In this document: piece after piece, positions 20,820-31,009 of the stretch
Numbering within the stretch: the stretch's first letter is position 1
Layout: every line of letters begins with the position of its first letter
The notes under the pieces: generated by a model
The model's input: the letters and a program-made list of their open reading frames with translations, nothing else
The model's database searches: none
What the model was told of the DNA's origin: nothing
Program-made: the position numbers and the translations under genes
Assembly: GCF_013122565.1 (NCBI RefSeq)
Contig: NZ_CP053258.1
Reading direction: 5' to 3' (one strand)
From: Escherichia coli
GTDB taxonomy: Bacteria; Pseudomonadota; Gammaproteobacteria; Enterobacterales; Enterobacteriaceae
DNA: 64,000 nt

Positions 20820-22240
20820 TGGCAGGGTTAAATAAATATCAGGCGTATCCGGAGTATAGGGATTCTGGGGTGGAGTGGTTGGGGGAGATACCCTCACACT
20901 GGAGCGTTAGCAAGCCCCGTTATATGTTTAATTTCGGCAAAGGGCTTACAATTACCAAAGAGAATCTCCAGGACGACGGGATACCTTGCATTAACTACGG
21001 TGAAATCCATTCAAAATATGGTTTTGAAGTATCCCCCAAAATTCACCCATTGAAATGCGTTGATGAGAAGTATATAAAAGATAATTCAGGCTCATTACTT
21101 TTAAAAGGAGACATTATTTTTGCAGACACATCTGAAGATATTGATGGTTCCGGTAATTTCTCACAACTAATCAGCGATAATATTTCATTCGCTGGTTATC
21201 ATACAATTATTGCCAAACCACTTAATAGAAGAAATTGGCGATTTTATGCTTATCTTCTTGATTGCAAAGAGTTGCGAACCCAAGTTAGACATGCAGTTAA
21301 GGGAGTAAAGGTATTTAGCATTACACAAGCTATTTTACGCGGCCTTTCTATTTGGCTCCCTACGGATGATGAACAGAGTAAAATAGCTGATTTCCTCGAC
21401 CACGAAACTGTAAAAATCGACAACCTAATCAAGAAACAACAACAACTCATTGAACTACTGAAAGAAAAACGTCAGGCAGTGATTAGCCATGCGGTGACCA
21501 AAGGGCTAAATCCTGATGTGCCGATGAAAGATTCTGGGGTTGCGTGGTTGGGGAAAATACCAAAACATTGGGAAATGAGTAAACTACGCTACATGTTTCG
21601 CTTCGGAAAAGGTCTAACAATTACAAAAGAACATCTGCACGATGAGGGGGTTCCATGTGTTAACTATGGCGAAATACATTCTAAATTTGGTTTCGAAATC
21701 GACCCTCAAATTCACAAATTAAAATGTGTTGATGAATCGTACATTCTAAATAACCCCGACTCATTGATCTATAAAGGAGATATTATATTTGCAGATACAT
21801 CTGAAGACATTGACGGCGCTGGTAATTTTACACAATTGATTAGCGATAACCAAATATTTGCCGGTTATCACACTATTATATTACGCCCTCTTAATAGAGA
21901 GTCCTTAAGGTTTTATGCATATATATTTGATAGCAAAGCACTACGGGCACAAATTAGTAATGCAGTGAAAGGCGTGAAAGTATTTAGTATTACTCAAGCC
22001 ATTCTTCGAAGTACATCGATATGGTTTCCACCATTATCAGAACGAGAACGTATTGTTGCATTTCTCGATAACCAAACAATAAAAATCGATACCCTAATTG
22101 AGAAACAACTCCACCAAATAGCTCTCCTAAAAGAACGCCGCACCGCCCTTATCTCCGCTGCCGTCACCGGAAAAATCGACCTACGCAACTGGACCGCCCC
22201 CATCCCCGAAGCGGAAACACCCACGGAGGCCAGCGCATGA
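20819..22240 (+). CDS. hsdS: Type I R-M specificity subunit with two near-identical target-recognition halves
   Basis: 473 aa; aa 16-228 and aa 239-452 are clearly homologous; each half ends in a conserved coiled-coil-like region (LIKKQQQLIELLKEKRQA / LIEKQLHQIALLKERRTA). Confidence 0.85.
   Translation: MAGLNKYQAYPEYRDSGVEWLGEIPSHWSVSKPRYMFNFGKGLTITKENLQDDGIPCINYGEIHSKYGFEVSPKIHPLKCVDEKYIKDNSGSLLLKGDIIFADTSEDIDGSGNFSQLISDNISFAGYHTIIAKPLNRRNWRFYAYLLDCKELRTQVRHAVKGVKVFSITQAILRGLSIWLPTDDEQSKIADFLDHETVKIDNLIKKQQQLIELLKEKRQAVISHAVTKGLNPDVPMKDSGVAWLGKIPKHWEMSKLRYMFRFGKGLTITKEHLHDEGVPCVNYGEIHSKFGFEIDPQIHKLKCVDESYILNNPDSLIYKGDIIFADTSEDIDGAGNFTQLISDNQIFAGYHTIILRPLNRESLRFYAYIFDSKALRAQISNAVKGVKVFSITQAILRSTSIWFPPLSERERIVAFLDNQTIKIDTLIEKQLHQIALLKERRTALISAAVTGKIDLRNWTAPIPEAETPTEASA
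20864..22175 (+). repeat. Internal tandem duplication (about 670-bp unit, 2 copies) within hsdS
   Basis: Direct comparison of the two halves of the translated ORF and underlying DNA (e.g. ggggtggagtggttggggga vs ggggttgcgtggttggggaa). Confidence 0.7.
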
Positions 22241-25200
22241 ACCACGACATTACAAAAGAGGTTAACCTGCAAAACGACATTATCGCGCAGATGGTGGAAA
22301 AAGGCTGGATTGTCGGCAAAGGTGACGGCTACGACCGGGAACGTGCGCTATACGCACAAGACACCTTAAACTTCGTAAAAACCACCCAACCGCAGGAGTG
22401 GGAGAAATTCGCACGCGTTTATCCCAACGACACCGAGCGCCATTTCCTCGACGCGCTGGTCGCGCAGCTTAAAAAAGCCGACAGCAACGCCACTGATATT
22501 CAGTCGCGCACCTGGGGTACGCTCGGCGTACTTCGCCACGGCCTGAAAATTCGCAATGCCCGTTTTTCGCTGTGCCAGTTTAAACCGGAACATAATCTCA
22601 ACCCGGAAACGCTGGCGCGCTATCAGCAGAATATCTGCCGTATTGTGCCGGAACTGGTCTACAGCCCGTATGCCTCAAATAGCGTCTTTGCAGAAACGGG
22701 CGTGAAAGCCAAAAAATGGCGTATCGATCTGGTGCTGTTTATCAACGGCCTGCCGGTTGCCACGCTGGAGCTAAAATCCGAATTTAAACAGGCGGTGCAG
22801 AACGCCATTGCCCAGTACAAAAAGACCCGCCTGCCGAAAGATCCCGCGACCAATAAACCTGAACCGCTGCTGACCTTTAAGCGCGGCGCGCTGGTACATT
22901 TTGCCGTCAGCCAGTATGACGTCTTTATGACCACCAAACTCGCCGGTGACAGCACCTTCTTCCTGCCGTTTAACAAAGGCACCAAAGACGGCGGCGCAGG
23001 CAACGAGATCCCCGAAGATACTCGCCGCTACGCCACAGATTATCTGTGGAATGAAGTGCTGCTGCCGGACAACTTATTAAAAATCCTCGCCAGTTTTGTC
23101 CATTTGCAGATTGAAGAAAAAGAGGACTGGAACGGGCTGAAAGCGAAGAAAGAGAGCCTGATTTTCCCGCGCTATCACCAGTGGGATGTGGTCAATAAAC
23201 TGCTGGAGGCCGCGACGATTGAAGGCACCGGCCACAAATACCTGATTCAGCACAGCGCCGGTTCCGGTAAATCGAACTCCATTGCCTGGACCGCCCACCA
23301 GCTTTCTCGTCTATACGACGTTAACGGGGAAAAACTGTTCCACTCCGTTATCGTGGTGACGGACCGTACGGTGCTGGACGACCAGCTTCAGGACACCATC
23401 TGGCAGTTCGAACATGCCGACGGCGTGGTCGGGCGCATCAATAACAGAGAGGGCGACGGCTCCAAATCGGAAAAGCTCGCCAGCGCGCTGGAAAACTCGC
23501 AGCCGATAATCATCGTCACCATCCAGACATTCCCGTTCGTACTGAAAGCTATCGAAAACAGCATCAGCCTGAAGCAGCGTAAATATGCGGTGATTGCCGA
23601 CGAAGCGCACTCATCGCAGAGCGGTTCCACCGCCCGTCAGCTTAAAGAAGTGCTGATGAGCGAAGAGATGGATGATGACGTGGTGCTGTCGTCAGAAGAT
23701 ATTCTGGATGCGACCATTGCCGCCCGGAAAGGCAGCAGTAACCTGAACTACTACGCCTTTACCGCCACGCCAAAATCCAAAACCCTGGAACTCTTTGGTC
23801 GCTGTCCGCGTCCCGATGAACCGGCCTCAAAAACCAATAAACCTGAGGCCTTCCACGTCTACTCCATGCGCCAGGCAATCGAAGAAGGCTTTATCCTCGA
23901 CGTGCTGAAAAACTACACCAACTACAAAGTGGCGTATCAGTTGCTGCAAAAGCTGGAAGATGAAAACCGCGAAGTCGATAGCAAACGGGCGAAGGTAAAA
24001 CTCAATCAGTGGGTGACGCTGCACGACCACAATATCTCGCAGAAGGTGAAGGTGATTGTGGAGCACTTCCGCAAACATGTGATGCATCTGCTTGGCGGCC
24101 AGGCTAAAGCGATGGTGGTCACCAGTTCACGCAAAGCCGCCGTGCGCTACAAGCTGGCGTTTGATAAATACATTAGCGAGAACAATTACCAGAAAATCAG
24201 CGCGATGGTGGCGTTTTCCGGGGAAGTTGAATTCCGGGAAGGCGACCATAACAGCCTGGCATTGTTAAACCAGAAATTTACTGAAATAAACATGAACCCC
24301 GGCCTGAAAGGGCGGGATATGCGCAAAGCCTTCGACAGCGATGATTATCAGGTCATGCTGGTTGCCAATAAATTCCAGACCGGTTTTGACCAGCCGAAGC
24401 TGTGCGCGATGTACGTGGATAAACCCCTCGGTGGCGTCGAGTGCGTGCAGACACTCTCCCGCCTGAACCGCACCTATCCGGGCAAAGCGGAATCAGGCAC
24501 TTTTGTCCTCGATTTTTATAACGATCCAGACGAGATCCTCGGCGCATTCCAGCCCTATTTCCAGACGGCGGAACTGACCGATGTCAGCGATCCGCAGCAG
24601 GTGTTCGATCTGTTTGAAAAACTGCGCGCCACGCAGATTTTCCAGTGGCATGAAGTCGAGCAGTTCTGCGAGGCATACTTCATCAAAAATAAATCGAATG
24701 CGGCGATCAGTAATATCTGCAAACCGGCGGTCGAACGCTGGAAAAAGCGTTATCTGATGGCGATAGACGCCTATTTGACCGCCAAAGAGATGTTCGAGCG
24801 CACCAAAAAAACGGGCGATACAGTATTAATCACCAATGCGGAAAACAGCTTTAAAGCCTGTAAGCAGGAGAAAGATCGTCTGGAGATTTTCAAGAAAGAT
24901 CTCGGCAGCTTTGTTCGTTTTTATGAATTTATGTCGCAGATCGTTGAATACGATGACAAGGATCTGGAAAAGCTAAGCCTGTTTGCTCGTCATCTGCGTC
25001 CGCTGCTGCATGAGCAACGTCTGGAAGAGGATGAAATTGATCTCAGTAATGTGGAGATGAGTCACTATCGTTTATCGAAAATCCATGAGCAAGATTTACG
25101 CTTACAGGAAGAAACGCCTGACTATACGCTGGATGCAAGTAATAATATTGGTACGGCAAAAGCGAAAGATAAAAAAGAGGAGTTTTTATCGCAGGTGCTT

Positions 25201-25500
25201 TCTCGGATGAATGAATTATTCATTAGCGACCATTTGACCGACAAAGATATGATCAGCAATGCTTTTGCGGTGTATAACAAAATAACTGAAAATGAAAATG
25301 TTATGACACAAATTAAAAACAATCCCCCAGAACAAGCGATTCTTGGTGATTTCCTCCAGGCAGTTGATAATGCTGTAATGGACAGTAATGACGCTCGGCA
25401 AGAATTTATGTTGCAATATTTATCCGATCCAGCTCGGGCAAAGGGCTTTGCTTATCTGATGTTTGATATGCTAACGGGGAAAATTGCTTTACCAACATAA
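22237..25500 (+). CDS. hsdR: Type I restriction enzyme R subunit (endonuclease/helicase)
   Basis: 1087 aa; N-terminal PD-(D/E)xK-like DLVLFINGLPVATLELK; SF2 motifs GSGKS and IADEAHSS (nt 23596-23610); ATGA overlap with hsdS stop. Confidence 0.88.
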   Translation: MNHDITKEVNLQNDIIAQMVEKGWIVGKGDGYDRERALYAQDTLNFVKTTQPQEWEKFARVYPNDTERHFLDALVAQLKKADSNATDIQSRTWGTLGVLRHGLKIRNARFSLCQFKPEHNLNPETLARYQQNICRIVPELVYSPYASNSVFAETGVKAKKWRIDLVLFINGLPVATLELKSEFKQAVQNAIAQYKKTRLPKDPATNKPEPLLTFKRGALVHFAVSQYDVFMTTKLAGDSTFFLPFNKGTKDGGAGNEIPEDTRRYATDYLWNEVLLPDNLLKILASFVHLQIEEKEDWNGLKAKKESLIFPRYHQWDVVNKLLEAATIEGTGHKYLIQHSAGSGKSNSIAWTAHQLSRLYDVNGEKLFHSVIVVTDRTVLDDQLQDTIWQFEHADGVVGRINNREGDGSKSEKLASALENSQPIIIVTIQTFPFVLKAIENSISLKQRKYAVIADEAHSSQSGSTARQLKEVLMSEEMDDDVVLSSEDILDATIAARKGSSNLNYYAFTATPKSKTLELFGRCPRPDEPASKTNKPEAFHVYSMRQAIEEGFILDVLKNYTNYKVAYQLLQKLEDENREVDSKRAKVKLNQWVTLHDHNISQKVKVIVEHFRKHVMHLLGGQAKAMVVTSSRKAAVRYKLAFDKYISENNYQKISAMVAFSGEVEFREGDHNSLALLNQKFTEINMNPGLKGRDMRKAFDSDDYQVMLVANKFQTGFDQPKLCAMYVDKPLGGVECVQTLSRLNRTYPGKAESGTFVLDFYNDPDEILGAFQPYFQTAELTDVSDPQQVFDLFEKLRATQIFQWHEVEQFCEAYFIKNKSNAAISNICKPAVERWKKRYLMAIDAYLTAKEMFERTKKTGDTVLITNAENSFKACKQEKDRLEIFKKDLGSFVRFYEFMSQIVEYDDKDLEKLSLFARHLRPLLHEQRLEEDEIDLSNVEMSHYRLSKIHEQDLRLQEETPDYTLDASNNIGTAKAKDKKEEFLSQVLSRMNELFISDHLTDKDMISNAFAVYNKITENENVMTQIKNNPPEQAILGDFLQAVDNAVMDSNDARQEFMLQYLSDPARAKGFAYLMFDMLTGKIALPT

Positions 25501-25513
25501 AAATACGTTGATA

Positions 25514-25539
25514 GCCGGGGTCGCACTTTCTACCCCGGC
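25514..25539 (+). terminator. Hairpin downstream of hsdR (gccggggt ... accccggc)
   Basis: 8-bp perfect stems, 10-nt loop, followed by an AT-rich tract; weak T-run. Confidence 0.4.
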
Positions 25540-25565
25540 CATATTATTTACAATAAGGAATAGCT

Positions 25566-26279
25566 ATGCTGAAGATGATTAAAGATTTTAAATTCAAAAA
25601 ATACATTAAAAAATTACGTGAAGAAGGTTTGTTATTTTATGTTTCTTTCGGGTTTATATTTACATTGTTAATGGAAGTTGATGATCGATTACCGTACTAT
25701 CTTCAACAAGACTTCTTTTTTGATACACTTATAGGATTTATGCCAATCAATATATTCTTTGTTTTGATTTGCACATATATATTTTTCAATGCCGTCCATG
25801 CGCTTATTTCACCCTATAAATTTCAAAGAATTGGTGAGAAATTCCTCTCTGAACTTGATAAAAGAACACAACAAATTGGCTTTATTATTTCATTCATATG
25901 TTTTGGCATGACTTTGTTTTGTGCACTGGTGTGGTTGCTGTTTTTTGATATGAATACTGAAAGTTACTACGCAAAATATACATTAAATTTTTTAGCTGCT
26001 TTTATCATTATGATTATAATTTCTTCAGTAGTTAATCCAGTAATGAACAGAACATTCCAAAAAATGAAGGAATCGGACTCACATGGAAATTCAAAAATAA
26101 TTCTTATAATTATAATCATTATATTATTACTATTATTACCAATTGCGTGCATTATCAATAAAAATAAAACAATTGAAATCAACATTAAGAAAGAAACTTA
26201 TCAGCAAATAAAAGAAAAAACAAAGATGAAACCTGAAGATTATATCAAAAAATTGATTGCTGATATTAAATTCAACTAA
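25566..26279 (+). CDS. Hypothetical AT-rich membrane protein
   Basis: 237-aa ORF with good Shine-Dalgarno (aagga, 7 nt spacing); several hydrophobic segments including a poly-Ile/Leu stretch; very low GC; not recalled at this position in K-12. Confidence 0.5.
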   Translation: MLKMIKDFKFKKYIKKLREEGLLFYVSFGFIFTLLMEVDDRLPYYLQQDFFFDTLIGFMPINIFFVLICTYIFFNAVHALISPYKFQRIGEKFLSELDKRTQQIGFIISFICFGMTLFCALVWLLFFDMNTESYYAKYTLNFLAAFIIMIIISSVVNPVMNRTFQKMKESDSHGNSKIILIIIIIILLLLLPIACIINKNKTIEINIKKETYQQIKEKTKMKPEDYIKKLIADIKFN

Positions 26280-26283
26280 TATC

Positions 26284-26318
26284 TATATGTACCCTGGTTT
26301 CTTCCAGGGTACATATAA
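26284..26318. repeat. Perfect 14-bp inverted repeat (tatatgtaccctgg / ccagggtacatata) with 7-nt loop
   Basis: Seen in sequence between the AT-rich ORF and yjiS; lies at the distal edge of the variable block. Confidence 0.5.
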
Positions 26319-26354
26319 AAAGTTAATACCCTGATTTATACTCAACATCCCCCC

Positions 26355-26519
26355 TCACTCCACATCCTCCCTGCGTAACCCGATATCCCTCAAGCGCTCA
26401 TCACTCATCTGCTGTAACACCCGTCGGGTCTGCATTTGCCGCCGCCAACGCCTCACCGCCTGCCAGAGTTGCACAAGTCTGATAAACGGCGTTTTGGCTT
26501 TGTTTTCGTGAAATTCCAT
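26355..26519 (-). CDS. yjiS: Small DUF1127 protein YjiS (54 aa)
   Basis: Manual minus-strand translation MEFHENKAKTPFIRLVQLWQAVRRWRRQMQTRRVLQQMSDERLRDIGLRREDVE; below the 60-aa cutoff of the supplied ORF track. Confidence 0.8.
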   Translation of the reverse strand: MEFHENKAKTPFIRLVQLWQAVRRWRRQMQTRRVLQQMSDERLRDIGLRREDVE

Positions 26520-26695
26520 CTGCTGCCTCCTCATCTTTCAGAGGCTTCATCATCCGTCTTCTGGCAGTTCACAATACAGATGCAAATATTAGTTTTATTT
26601 AACATACAGACAGGTTAAAACAGCATCTGCATCCGGTTTTTTAGCCTCATCTGTACCGGTTTTTCTCTCTGTATGGTCCACATAAGGAATACAGC

Positions 26696-28108
26696 ATGAC
26701 GCGTTATCAACATCTGGCGACTCTACTTGCCGAGCGGATTGAGCAGGGGTTGTATCGTCACGGGGAGAAATTGCCGTCGGTGCGCAGCTTAAGTCAGGAG
26801 CACGGCGTCAGCATCAGCACCGTGCAGCAGGCGTATCAGACGCTGGAGACGATGAAGCTCATCACCCCGCAGCCGCGTTCGGGTTATTTTGTCGCACAAC
26901 GGAAAGCCCAGCCGCCTGTACCGCCGATGACGCGTCCGGTGCAGCGCCCGGTGGAAATTACCCAGTGGGATCAGGTACTGGATATGCTGGAGGCGCATAG
27001 CGACAGTTCCATTGTTCCGTTAAGCAAAAGCACGCCGGATGTCGAAATGCCCAGCCTGAAACCGCTCTGGCGGGAGCTAAGCCGGGTGGTACAGCATAAT
27101 CTGCAAACCGTTCTCGGTTATGACTTGCTAGCCGGTCAGCGGGTGTTGCGAGAGCAGATTGCCCGCCTGATGCTCGACAGCGGCTCGGTGGTCACCGCCG
27201 ATGACATCATCATCACCAGCGGCTGCCATAACTCGATGTCGCTGGCGTTAATGGCGGTGTGTAAACCGGGCGATATTGTCGCGGTCGAATCTCCCTGTTA
27301 TTACGGTTCGATGCAGATGCTGCGCGGTATGGGCGTGAAAGTGATTGAAATCCCAACCGATCCAGAAACAGGCATCAGCGTTGAAGCGCTGGAACTGGCG
27401 CTGGAACAGTGGCCGATTAAAGGCATCATTCTGGTACCAAACTGTAATAATCCGCTGGGATTTATTATGCCGGACGCGCGCAAACGGGCCGTTCTCTCTC
27501 TCGCTCAGCGTCATGATATTGTGATTTTTGAAGATGATGTCTACGGCGAACTGGCAACGGAGTATCCGCGCCCGCGGACCATTCATTCATGGGATATCGA
27601 CGGGCGAGTGCTGTTGTGCAGCTCGTTCAGTAAAAGTATTGCTCCAGGCCTGCGCGTGGGTTGGGTCGCACCGGGACGTTATCACGATAAACTGATGCAT
27701 ATGAAATACGCCATCAGCAGCTTTAATGTATTGTCCACGCAAATGGCGGCGGCAACGTTTGTGCTGGAAGGTCACTATCATCGCCATATCCGGCGGATGC
27801 GGCAGATCTATCAGCGCAATTTGGCGCTTTATACCAGCTGGATACGGGAATATTTTCCCTGCGAAATCTGTATTACGCGCCCGAAAGGCGGATTTTTACT
27901 GTGGATAGAATTGCCTGAACAGGTCGATATGGTCTGCGTCGCGCGGCAGCTGTGCCGCATGAAAATCCAGGTGGCGGCAGGCTCGATTTTCTCGGCTTCC
28001 GGTAAATACCGTAATTGTCTGCGTATCAACTGCGCTTTGCCGCTCAGCGAAACCTATCGCGAAGCACTGAAGCAAATTGGCGAGGCCGTGTATCGGGCAA
28101 TAGAATGA
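26696..28108 (+). CDS. yjiR: MocR/GntR-family PLP-dependent transcriptional regulator
   Basis: 470 aa; N-terminal GntR HTH, C-terminal aminotransferase-like domain; recognised as YjiR. Confidence 0.9.
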   Translation: MTRYQHLATLLAERIEQGLYRHGEKLPSVRSLSQEHGVSISTVQQAYQTLETMKLITPQPRSGYFVAQRKAQPPVPPMTRPVQRPVEITQWDQVLDMLEAHSDSSIVPLSKSTPDVEMPSLKPLWRELSRVVQHNLQTVLGYDLLAGQRVLREQIARLMLDSGSVVTADDIIITSGCHNSMSLALMAVCKPGDIVAVESPCYYGSMQMLRGMGVKVIEIPTDPETGISVEALELALEQWPIKGIILVPNCNNPLGFIMPDARKRAVLSLAQRHDIVIFEDDVYGELATEYPRPRTIHSWDIDGRVLLCSSFSKSIAPGLRVGWVAPGRYHDKLMHMKYAISSFNVLSTQMAAATFVLEGHYHRHIRRMRQIYQRNLALYTSWIREYFPCEICITRPKGGFLLWIELPEQVDMVCVARQLCRMKIQVAAGSIFSASGKYRNCLRINCALPLSETYREALKQIGEAVYRAIE

Positions 28109-28225
28109 ATTCGAATTAGTGGCGAAGCACCTGATTTCCTCTCACGAATAGCGTGTGACTCGTTTTATCTTTGCAGGGGCATCGCCACGTTCCGGCATAG
28201 CTTAGGCAAAGCGCACTTTGTTCAT

Positions 28226-28323
28226 GCCGGATGCGGCGCAAACGCCTTATCCGGCCTACAAACCGCGCAAATTCAATAGATTGCAGAGGTAATGTAGGTC
28301 TGATAAGCGTAGCGCACCAGGCA
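28226..28323. repeat. Pair of REP elements (BIME-like) downstream of yjiR
   Basis: gccggatgcggcgcaaacgccttatccggcctaca, and an inverted copy tgtaggtctgataagcgtagcgcaccaggc; classical E. coli REP consensus. Confidence 0.7.
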
Positions 28324-28349
28324 GCTTTGCGTTTGTCATCAGTCTCTGA

Positions 28350-29270
28350 TTAGTACTCAAGCCATAAATCGTGCTCACGGTCAGGCAAGGGCTGCTCTAA
28401 TGCCTGTATTTGCTCTGCCGAAAGTCCGGTAATCTTTTGTATCCATTCAGGATCTACACCATTCTGCAAAAATAATCGAAGAATGCGCTGTTCCCCTTTT
28501 ATACATCCATCATTATGAATTCGCTCTGCAATCGTCATTATTCGCTCCCTGTGTTGTGGCATTCGACGGGTTAGTTCGCTGATAAACTTCTTAAAACGCG
28601 CTTCATCGCCAGTCAGTAAAATGTAATTTAACAGCGCAGTTATCTGGCTGTCATTAGCACACTCTGTAACCAGTAATACTACCAGTTGATCAATAAGCTC
28701 CATCAGATCGCGCTGGCTAATATGCTTTTGGATCAACTCCAACAGGGCGACTCTGCGATGCTGCACAATCTCGTCGTCTGGCACGACAGTGACATCCACC
28801 AGCGGGAACGCTGCAGTATAAAGTTTCCGTGCAGTAGTCGGGTCGGCAAATTCGTCCAGCCAGCACAGGGACCAGGGGTAAGGACTACGGCTACCGTGAT
28901 AAAACAGCATCGGGATGACCAGCGGTAGCTGCCGGCGTTTATCATGCTCGATATGGCGCTGCATCACTGCCATGGAATATCGCATCAGGCGAAAGGCCAT
29001 ATGAATGTCCTCGCGGCTCTGATGTTCAATCACCACATAAATATAACCATCGCCTTCGCGGGTCTTTACCGACCACAGAATATCGGAATGTAGCGCCCGC
29101 AATTTTTCATCGACAAAGCTGGCGGATTCCAGTTTTAAGCTGTCGAGATCGCACAGTTCACGTAAATCTTTAGGTAAGTGGATCTCCATAAAATCCCGCG
29201 CGGTATCCGGATGCGTGAGAAAAGATTTAAACAATGCGTCATGCGGCGTGCTGGTTGTGAAGTTTGTCAT
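28350..29270 (-). CDS. rpnD: Rpn-family recombination-promoting nuclease (YhgA-like, PD-(D/E)xK)
   Basis: 306 aa; N-terminal HDALFKSF...; C-terminal conserved Rpn tail; appears intact here. Confidence 0.85.
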   Translation of the reverse strand: MTNFTTSTPHDALFKSFLTHPDTARDFMEIHLPKDLRELCDLDSLKLESASFVDEKLRALHSDILWSVKTREGDGYIYVVIEHQSREDIHMAFRLMRYSMAVMQRHIEHDKRRQLPLVIPMLFYHGSRSPYPWSLCWLDEFADPTTARKLYTAAFPLVDVTVVPDDEIVQHRRVALLELIQKHISQRDLMELIDQLVVLLVTECANDSQITALLNYILLTGDEARFKKFISELTRRMPQHRERIMTIAERIHNDGCIKGEQRILRLFLQNGVDPEWIQKITGLSAEQIQALEQPLPDREHDLWLEY

Positions 29271-29736
29271 GGCGATCCGTCACCTGTAGATAAGATGGCC
29301 CGACTGTAGCGACTAACAAAACCATTCTCACCCGGCAATTTCTCGTTCCCCGAGGCGCTTTCCAGGCTATTTGTGTTCCTCTGCAAACGATACATTTTTC
29401 CGGAAACAGGCTCGCGTTTTACATTTCCTGTACCCGGCAGATATTCCCCTTTCCACCGCGCTCTTTTGATTAACCGCAAATTTTAATTACACTTAAGGTG
29501 TATATTTTCTATGCAACCCATCAATTAAAGAGGTGTAATGTGCTGATGACTATTTGTAATCGTTATACATTCTGACCTGGAGTCAGAAGGTATTTCTCTG
29601 TCTGTGTGTTCACAGGCAGTGTGGTTGATTACATGAAATTCAGTACATTTGTCCTTCTCGCCTGCCTTTCGTCATTACCGACGGTATTGAATTTCGTTTT
29701 CCCCGTTGGGGTTCTCCGGACAAGGAGTTGTTTGTT

Positions 29737-30969
29737 ATGCCACGTTTTTTTGCCCGCCATGCCGCCACGCTGTTTTTCCCGATAGCGTTGATTTTGTATG
29801 ACTTTGCCGCCTATCTTTCGACGGACCTGATCCAGCCTGGGATCATTAATGTGGTCCGTGATTTTAATGCCGATGTCAGTCTGGCTCCGGCTGCCGTCAG
29901 TCTCTATCTCGCGGGCGGTATGGCGTTACTGTGGCTGCTGGGGCCGCTTTCCGACAGGATTGGCCGCAGGCCGGTGCTGATTACCGGGGCGCTAATATTT
30001 ACCCTTGCCTGCGCTGCGACAATGTTCACAACGTCTATGACACAGTTTCTTATCGCGCGTGCAATTCAGGGCACCAGTATCTGTTTTATTGCTACCGTTG
30101 GTTATGTCACGGTGCAGGAGGCGTTCGGACAGACAAAAGGGATCAAGTTGATGGCGATTATCACCTCCATCGTACTGATTGCGCCGATTATTGGCCCGCT
30201 TTCCGGCGCAGCTCTGATGCACTTTGTGCACTGGAAAGTCCTTTTTGCCATCATTGCGGTTATGGGTTTTATCTCATTTGTTGGCTTACTGCTGGCGATG
30301 CCAGAGACGGTGAAGCGCGGCGCGGTTCCATTTAGCGCCAAAAGCGTCTTGCGCGATTTTCGTAATGTCTTTTGCAACCGACTGTTCCTCTTTGGCGCAG
30401 CAACCATCTCTTTAAGCTATATCCCGATGATGAGTTGGGTGGCTGTCTCGCCGGTGATCCTGATTGACGCTGGCGGCTTAACAACTTCGCAGTTCGCCTG
30501 GACACAGGTTCCGGTGTTCGGCGCGGTGATTGTCGCGAATGCCATCGTGGCGCGTTTCGTTAAAGATCCAACCGAACCGCGCTTTATCTGGCGTGCCGTA
30601 CCCATTCAACTGGTCGGCCTCGCGCTGTTGATTATCGGCAATTTACTGTCGCCGCACGTCTGGCTGTGGTCGGTGCTGGGCACCAGTCTGTATGCTTTCG
30701 GGATTGGTTTGATCTTCCCGACCTTATTCCGCTTTACGCTTTTTTCCAATAACTTACCGAAAGGGACCGTCTCCGCATCGCTGAATATGGTGATCCTGAT
30801 GGTGATGTCTGTCTCGGTCGAAATCGGTCGCTGGCTGTGGTTTAACGGCGGTCGCTTGCCGTTTCATCTATTAGCCGTCGTGGCGGGCGTTATCGTCGTT
30901 TTCACCCTGGCGGGATTGCTTAATCGCGTGCGCCAACATCAGGCTGCCGAGCTGGCGGAGGAGCGGTGA
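29737..30969 (+). CDS. mdtM: MFS multidrug efflux transporter MdtM
   Basis: [30 protein letters not shown]...; 12-TM MFS; recognised as MdtM/YjiO. Confidence 0.92.
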   Translation: MPRFFARHAATLFFPIALILYDFAAYLSTDLIQPGIINVVRDFNADVSLAPAAVSLYLAGGMALLWLLGPLSDRIGRRPVLITGALIFTLACAATMFTTSMTQFLIARAIQGTSICFIATVGYVTVQEAFGQTKGIKLMAIITSIVLIAPIIGPLSGAALMHFVHWKVLFAIIAVMGFISFVGLLLAMPETVKRGAVPFSAKSVLRDFRNVFCNRLFLFGAATISLSYIPMMSWVAVSPVILIDAGGLTTSQFAWTQVPVFGAVIVANAIVARFVKDPTEPRFIWRAVPIQLVGLALLIIGNLLSPHVWLWSVLGTSLYAFGIGLIFPTLFRFTLFSNNLPKGTVSASLNMVILMVMSVSVEIGRWLWFNGGRLPFHLLAVVAGVIVVFTLAGLLNRVRQHQAAELAEER

Positions 30970-31009
30970 TTTTTGCGCGTTCCTGCCGTCAGGCTCTATT
31001 CTTAACGTT

